Source: Antedon mediterranea (lineage: Eukaryota > Animalia > Echinodermata). From it: a stretch of 64,000 nt of DNA. Under the pieces are notes generated by a model, which had not been told where the DNA came from, searched no databases, and was given only the letters and a program-made list of their open reading frames with translations. The stretch is taken from contig NC_092673.1 of assembly GCF_964355755.1 (NCBI RefSeq), positions 7,316,001-7,380,000 of the forward strand, in the 5' to 3' direction. How positions within the stretch are numbered: position 1 is the first letter of the stretch; the number at the start of each line of letters is the position of its first letter. Shown here piece by piece: positions 42,601 to 51,600 of the stretch. Made by a program: the position numbers and the translations under genes.

Positions 42601-45600
42601 AGGTGATGATTAGCTTAAATTTAAAGAGTGACAGGAAGTGTAATGATACTTGGGTCTATTCAGACCTTCAGAGATTTCCAGAGGTTTAAAGTGCTGTAGA
42701 AGCCACCTCTTTCGTTCACTGCAAAATCCTAATATACAAAATGAATGGATGTAGTACCTCAATTTCTGACACAATATCTGAACTTTGTAGGTCAGATCAT
42801 ACCCTTGGTACAATCTGTATAGCCACATCCAGATTTAGAAACAGGTATCCATGGGTGTAGGTGACAGAGATGCCAGTTTCAAGCTGTCATAGGTGTATTT
42901 CTTTTTGCTTCTGGCAGTACTGTAATATGGAATTATTATAGTTATTATCTTTTATTCTCTTATTATTATTCTCCTATTAAATGTCACATTATTTATATAA
43001 AGATTAAATCTTGGTATTGAATAGTCTAAGCATTCCAGACTTTGTAACAAGACACCAAATTACAGACTGATTACATGTCATTACATGTGTTATGTCTCAC
43101 TGAAACATATAGAGTACAGATAGAGTACAGATAGAGTACAAATAGAGTACAGATAGAGTACAGATAGAGTACAGATAGAGTACAGATAGAGTACAGATAG
43201 AGTACAGATAGAGTACAGATAGAGTACAGATAAATAATAATATTAAAGTAAATACTCTATGAAGGAGTTTTATTCGAAAATACCCTTTTTTGTATTTATG
43301 TTATACTATTAGATTGCCTATAAATAGGAAAAAATACAACGCAATTAATAAAATTTAGTAAAAAACGTTTAATTCCAAAGGATTTTCTATGGGGGCATTT
43401 ATTCAACATGGGGTGTTTATTTGAATAAATATGGTGAATTTGTTGTGAAACATCTATACCCTTCTCTTTGAGGAGGTTATTTCTGTGATTTATTTTAAAT
43501 AATTTTTGTTATCAATTCATCTTCTAGCACAACTGTAATGTCTGAACAGAGCAGAGTTAATCAGAATCTAGCCAAGTTGATTCACTGGGCAGACAAGGAG
43601 ATGCTCAATGGCCACAAAGACATTGATAAGGCCTCAATAAAGATCATCACAAAAGACATGGCCGAAGGGGTGTCTGATCTCGTAAAACTTACCGTCACAA
43701 AAATTGAAGAAAAAGAACAGTTACAACAACGTCGTCATTCTGAAACGCAAGTTACACCAAGGATTAAGCGCTTATCTTCATTAGACCCGTCGGAGTAAGT
43801 TTTTCTTTAATATTGTGATGTATATCATTTATGCAAATAAGTATGGAAACACAAGTAAACAAGTATGTAGGGGTAAGAAGTCATGAAAGAAAATTATAAA
43901 GGCTTGAAGTAGAAAGTTCAAACATTCCTAATGTTTAAATTAGTAGGCCTACATTATTTATTGGACAAACAGCAAAACTTAAATGTTGCAGATTAGATTA
44001 CAGAATTTAACAAGCAACTACAGTAAATTCCTTGAAATTCAAACTTGAGAATACTAAAGTCCAGGTATTTCCTGATAGGAATGTTTTGTAAAAACCTGGT
44101 ATTAGCTTGATTTTGATAGTACGTCACCAAGGAGATATTGAACAGTATTAAAAATAAGAATCCAATTCAACATTTTATTATTTTTCTTTTTTTTTTCATA
44201 AAAAAATATTTATATTCATTTATTTATTCAACAATAAAATAAATTATTAAAAAGTACAATAATATATAAGTAGTAGTGTAGTATTCAGCAAGATAATAAG
44301 TTATTTTATATATTAAACTATTACATCTCTTGGTGACGTACTATCAAAATCAAGCTAATACCAGGTTTTTACAAAACATTCCTATCAGGAAATACATGGA
44401 CTTTAGTATTCTCAAGTTTGAATTTCAAGGAATTTACTGTAGTTGCTTGTTAAATTGTGTAATCTAATCTGCAACATTTAAGTTTTGCTGTTCATAATTG
44501 CAACAATTTATATTTTTTAAATAAAAATAAAACACCTAAAAATATTTTAATTTTTAAACATTTTTTCTGGTGAAAATATAAATTTAAATATTATTGTATT
44601 AAACACTTTTGTCATTTTGTGATTTTAGTATGTCCAATGACATATATGATACACCACCACTAAGTCCACGAGAACGAGAGATCCTGGAAAAGACTCCACT
44701 GACATCATGGCCATCAGATGGTGATATTCATAATGGTTGTCATAGTGATCCAGGGGAAGATTGCACCCCTCCCCCAAAGCCATTCCTACCTGAAAACCGA
44801 GTTATAATTAGGCAGCAGTTGGAGATGTGAGTACAGTATTTTTTTTTTTTATGTTGCCAATTTTGTCCCCAATGATTTTGAACCAACTCAGCCGATTCTC
44901 AATACTGTATTAAATTTTTTCCAGTATTGTTGGCAAATTCTGGTATCACATCACATGTGTTTCATACCTGTATCATAAGGTACACTGTATTAGATACATA
45001 GTGCACTATATTATGAGATTTGCCTATGATACGGGACAAACATTGCCATAATGTGGAGATTACAGTACTGAAAATCAGGTGGCAGTTTTATTTATCACTG
45101 TAAAATACTAGAAATAAAATTATAAAATTTCTTTTCAGGATTGATCCTATTCCACCCGCTCTACCACCTAAGCTTCGCTATTCAACATGTGATCACTCAA
45201 ATTGGACTGACCCAGGAAGGGACTTAAATCGTTCAATCTCAAGTAGTTCAGGCTCATTGATGAGTCATCAATCGGACATAAGTAGCTCTGGAAGCTCTGC
45301 CAGCCGTACTGACTCGAAACGAAGCAGCCAAATATCTAGTACTACAAGCGAGGATCGTGTCTCTTTAGAATCTTCGCAAATATTATATGATAAAGAAAAT
45401 CGAAGGCCGTCGCCAATTCCTGATCATTTAAGTATTCATTTGCATCCTGTGTCGGCGAATTACGATACAGGTTCGGAAACGTCTGATACCGGTGTTTTGA
45501 GTGATACACCGCCGGCGTTGCCTGAAAAAAGGCGGTATTTTCTTGGTCGTAAGCTTTCCGATTATGAGAATGTACCGGATGAGCGTAAACTTTCTGATTA

Positions 45601-48600
45601 TGATAATAATACGGCCAATGATACTCCGATTCATGAACGCTTAGTGATTTCAATGGACGATGGACAATGCCGCTTACCTAGGGATATGGTTTTTGATGAA
45701 ACCCCTGTTGATACAATTGATGGCATTGAAGATGGAGAGGAAGCACCTAGTCACAGTGAGTATAATCTGGAATGTATGATACTAAACTATAATTGCAATT
45801 CAATTTATTTTCCAGAAAGACATATACATTCTATACATTGTTTTTTTTTTATTTCGAATCTTCACTATGTGCAAAATCAAAACAGATTTATGACGACATA
45901 ATTAATGAGAAGAATTAGTTTCAAAAAGATGTTGCTGGTGACACTTTTCTTGCAGATTTTAGAAAATTGATAAATTCTCAGTAAATACTCTTAATATACA
46001 CTAATGCAATGTAGACAAAATTCTTGTGATATCTCTTTTCTTCTCCATTATTCAACTTTGATTGGTTAAAATATAAACACAAACAAACCAATGTACAGAA
46101 CAAGTGATCAAGTACCTTAATATCTATCTATATCAGGAGAATATAAATTAATACTTGCAAGCATAATGTACAATATGAATTAACAAGTACGCTTTGGTGG
46201 TTAAGATGTTTGTTTCCAATTTGAATGTTCTTGGTTCAAATCCAATCTGGGTTCATGGGGTCAGGATTTGTACTTAGACTTGTTACCACTCTCGGCTGAA
46301 CATGTTCTTGATCACTGTGTAATAAAAATAAACCAAATTGCAGTACTCGCGCACATATTATGACATTGCACTCTCGATGATGTCATCAAGAATACAACAG
46401 AACATTTATTTAATATCATTTGACCCACAATCTTCCAATCAAATTTACTTTAAGTCTGTTAAAATATGAAAACGACAATAAAGCATAGGGATATGTATGG
46501 TAGGCTTATATTCATGAAGTAATACATTTTATTCATTTCTTCTAGTCAATAATTATCTTGGATTAATTGATGGATATACGGAACAGCATTTTCAGGCGTC
46601 TTTTGTCACTAATTCAATTAACACCTGCAAACCTGGTGAAAGGCGATCGTTGGATTTCCTTATATCATCGTTTCCAGACGAAACACCACCTTTTCCTTTA
46701 GAGACATGCGATTCTCCGAAGGGGAACACCTTACCTCCAAAGCTACCAGCGAAAATGAAGGATGCTCTAGGAGTAAGTTTTTTTTTATGGAACTTACAAA
46801 CTAACTATAATCACATTTCATATAAATTTTTATTTAAAATTTGAGTCGACATTTTTAATTCCTTAAATTATTTAACATTTTATATTAGTATACTTTAATT
46901 ATATATAATACTTTTATTATTATTATTGTTTGAAAGGGAATGTCTTCATACATTGGTTTAAGCTCATCTATTGACATCTTTGGCATTTTGTATATACTTT
47001 CTGTGTACTTTCTAATTTTTGTTTTCATGCTGAAATTAAATAAACAGTAGTAACAGCACTGAAGTATGAGGATATGCCCTCATCTACTTAGCCGCAAGCT
47101 TTCTAATATATTTAAATCAGATGAAAGTTTCAACATTCATAATTATATTTTTACAGCAGGAAAGGCAGCGGTTATATTCTACTCCAGAAAGATCTCGGGT
47201 TCAAAATCCAGAACTCAAGAAAAAATCGGATAGTATGATATATAGTAGCGAAGATGTTAAAACAAGGTACACCTGCAGTAATCGTATTTACATTTCTATC
47301 TACCCACCAAAAGACTATTTTAATTTTTGTGTCAATTAGTAACTGGTATTTTTAGACCTTTGCTACCATGTATCAAAATAACTGTAATGTTTAAAGATAA
47401 CATGATTTCTGGCTTGTTTAAATTCTGAAGTCTTCTTTAGGCCAAATAATAGTGTTTTCAATTTGCAATAACCGACGACCAAACTACGTCATTTAGTTCA
47501 TTTTGAACATATTGGAATATTGAGACTTGGAATATTGAAACATGTGTCCTCACCTCAACATATTTTGATGGTTTTTAGAACAAACAACAAACAACGACAC
47601 ATCATCAATGAACCTGACCTAGGTTGGTAGTTGGCCCTCAGCCGTTACAAATCGCAAGCTCCTTAATAGCAGTTGTTGACTATTTTGTAATTTAGCTTTC
47701 GTTAAATTTTACATCAAAATTGCTTTATTACATTCATCAAGCATTCTTAGGTGTGAAAATAGCAATTTTAGACTCTTATACTCATGTTTAGTACATTACA
47801 ATAGCTAATAGCTGAAATAAAATTTTTTTTTCTGTATTATACTTTTTTTTAAATTAAAATTACTTTATTCTTTATTGTAGTGGGTTAGAAAACCCTGCAT
47901 CTTATCAAACTTCGGACACAGATATCGATGATGAAGGCCGAGGAATTCTTAATAAAACAGATGTATCCGAATACCTTGTAAGAAGTGAAGAAACTCCATC
48001 GGTAAGTTATAAATGCACAGACTCCTACGCTAACCCAATATTATCCTTTAGAAATAATGCAATTAAAGGTATTGTTTCACACAATACAGTAGAACTCCTT
48101 TTAGAGAACATCTCCAGGATCAAACAAAGTTCCCCTTAATTGAGGTGTCCCCTGAATAGGGTTGGCCGTAGTGTTGATCGATTGCGTCATGATTGGTCTC
48201 TCCTTTGCATTGCACTTTTAAATCATTGCGATGCGTCCTTGTGAAAACCGAGCTTAACTATGGTTGTAATGTATATCATCATTTTTTTCTAAACAGGATG
48301 GAAGTCCTCCAATTCGAGGTGGTCCAGTTGATGCCCTAATTGTGTATGCTGCTGACATGGACAAAAAGGGTAAGAAAAATATATCATTTAATTCTTTGAA
48401 TAAAAGGCCACTGCTGTAAGAACTACTGAAGCTCATTGCTTGAAAATCACCGTAGCAACTAGCAGGTTTTTCATAATTGCTACTTAAAGTTTATGTTGAC
48501 TGGTTGTAATTTTAGGAAACTTGGTCTGAGGCTAGATCTGCAAATTTTTTCAGTTTAAGAAACTTGCAAGTTTATGTATTTTGTGTTAATTTATCAAAAA

Positions 48601-51600
48601 TTGTCTTACTTATTTGCAAGTGTTGTGTTTTCAAAGGTTTGCTAATGTATAAATGCCCTAAAGCTGTGTGTTTCATGAGATATGATTAAACAAATATCGA
48701 TATATTTTTATAATGTCAGCGTTATAAACTGAAATGATAAACACTCTAATATCTTGGCATTTACTAGGCTTACTCAGATTCTGAATAAATTGAATTGACT
48801 TTTGATATTTATTTGTACTTAATCTATCAGGGTTTTCATTATTCCCTGACCTATTTTCCATTACTATTGATTCAACATTGACCTCTCATAGCTCAGCAGA
48901 TCAAGGTTACTGTCAATTTGTTCTTAATAATAAAAACTTGTTAAATCTCACTTATAAGCTGTTGACTTAACACTTATACTGCCATCAGCCTATATGTATT
49001 TCATATACTATTGGACTGGAATAGCCAATTTACAAGAGGATAATAAGAAACATTATAACACACTTAAGTGTATCCTTAACATCTGATTGGTTAATTTTGT
49101 ATCACATGCTATTCGGTATTAGTTCTAATGCACATAAACGTAATATTTAATGATTTTATTAATAGTTCAATTTATGCTTAGCAGTTTGAGAAATTTGTGC
49201 CACACGAGGCTTGTGAAACTTTTTACTCTCGTGCCAAAACATTTTATTCATGCATTTTATTCTACTGTAGTAGGCCTAACTATATATTTATAGTTAAATA
49301 TTTGCATAGCCAGGTTAAAGAGTAAACAAAATACAGTTTACTGCAGTAACGCTATCTCTTTCTTGGTACATGTTATTATACAATTCATGTCATCAGTGTA
49401 TTTTCTTGTGTAAAATCACAACATGCTTTAAGCAAATAACTATAACAGTACATTAAAAATAATTCTTAGCATATGTTGCCTCTCTTATTTCTCGCATATC
49501 ATGATCTTTAGGCATTATTTATTAGTTACCCCAGATTTCAGCAGTATTGAGCGCACTTTTGCCCCAGAGGGAGTATATTATATTGCTGCAGCTGGTAATC
49601 AGTGTCATTGGCATTTTAACTCTCAATTTGGAAGCAAATTTATACTGTATTCAATGTTTTTATGTGATCATCTTCATTTTGATGGATGAATACTAAACAT
49701 TCTAGGAAAAGTACATAAAGCATTGCAACACATATTGCGATCATCAAGTTTAGACTAGTTTAAACTTCAAAAGCTGCCTGATTTTCTTACACAAATAAGA
49801 AAAAATCATGAAAGCCTCAGGCCTAATGTACAGAATACATGAACAGAAGGTTTGAGCATTAATTCAGTTGATGTTTAAACTCTCAAAAATGTTTTGTATC
49901 TTAACACTAGTATGTCAATTCATCTGTTTATTTTGGGCACAGATAGTATAGATTTTATATTATTTTATTTATTTCTCAATGTTTCATTGGGGAGCATTCG
50001 ATTTCCGAAGACCTAGGAACAAGGAACAAGTTAGCTTGCTTCCTCTCTTTATCCTTGATACCGTTTTGGTGGTTTTGACGACAAATCAATGCATTTATGA
50101 CTTGATTCATCTGTCGTCATAAATCGAAAGCTCTCTATTTGTTGGGCCCTCTGTATATAATATATCTCTTGTAGTATATTAAAATTATTTATAATTTGTA
50201 CTTTTTATTATTTCAGATTTAGTATTCTACGAGGCATTCTTAACAAGCTATAGGACATTTATACTACCGAAGAATCTCATAGATAAATTATTATATCGTT
50301 ACCGTAAATTTCGTAATAAACCCGACACAGCAGCTCGGTTAAGCCGTAACGCATTCTTTCTTCTACTACGAGTCGCTGGAGATCTCATGTAAGTTTAAAA
50401 TATAATTTCAATAAATTTTTTTCCAAAAATGGCAAAATATTCAGAAATGAAATGTATTATTAAATGTTTTATGGTATTGATCAGTGATAGAAGTTGTAAT
50501 TTACTAAAATCTATTTTTCTATGTTTTTTATGCTGAATAATAAGAACAATTAAAATGGCCTGCCAGCCAATTATGGTTTTGATATGTTTGAATAGCTTTT
50601 CATTAAACCCGAGAGGAACATTATATTGATCTCTATTGGTTGTGAAATTAAATAAAGATATATGTATCAATATTAACTATCCACATAAACTGTTCAAACA
50701 AGATATTTTATATTTTCTAATATAATCTTTTTTTCAGAGGTCAAGTTGATAATGAAATTTTGAAGAACTTAATGGACTTAGTTTTCCAATTACTATGTGA
50801 CGGCGACTTAAGTTTAGCTAAAATCTTACGTGAGAAAATTTTATGCAAAATGGAACACAATAAAGATTTAATATTGAGCACGGCAAAAGTGCCCGTATGC
50901 TCACTGCCATCTACCATCAAGTAAGTGAAGCTTTTGATGTAAACATAAGCAAAACATAGGAAGCACCATATAATGTTCATAATGTCGACAGTCATAAGAA
51001 TTTTAAACACTGAACCAGGAAGTTTGTGAATACTGTCACTGTCACTGGTACTGATGGTTGATGATTTCAAAGTTGAGGGCAGTAGTACTAAAACAATGAA
51101 GCTCATTTTGTTTGTAATGTCTGCAATATTTAATTCACATGACAGTTCACAGTTTCTCTGCTTCTTTCTTATATAAAATAATATTCATAAACTCTTGATT
51201 TTGGGCCCCATTGGTTTAACATTTTTATTGCAATGAAATGAATGTATTATTGTGTCCTTACTCATTACTCATTGTCTGTATTTTTAGGCGTGCTTCAATA
51301 TTTGAATTCAAAGAATCTGAGATAGCACAACAGATGACAATTTTAGACTCTGAGTTATTCTTAAAGATTGAGGTGAGTTGAGATAGAAAAAGTTCTTAGT
51401 TTAATTTGCAAGCTGGGGATACTTTGATTAGGCCCTATAAAATCTCATAATAGTGAGCTTTCGCATTGGGATGGTAAATGATAGGGGAAGGTAGATATGA
51501 AAAGATACAGTCAATTATTATAAAATGTTAATCTGCGAATGCATATAGTCCCAGTGTACTCTATTCCTTTCTCATCAGGACTATATAATAGGTTGATTTA

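Noticed and set aside
46190-46260. tRNA-like A and B boxes (also a B box on the minus strand near 25335)
   Set aside because: No cloverleaf; likely decayed SINE heads, not tRNA genes.
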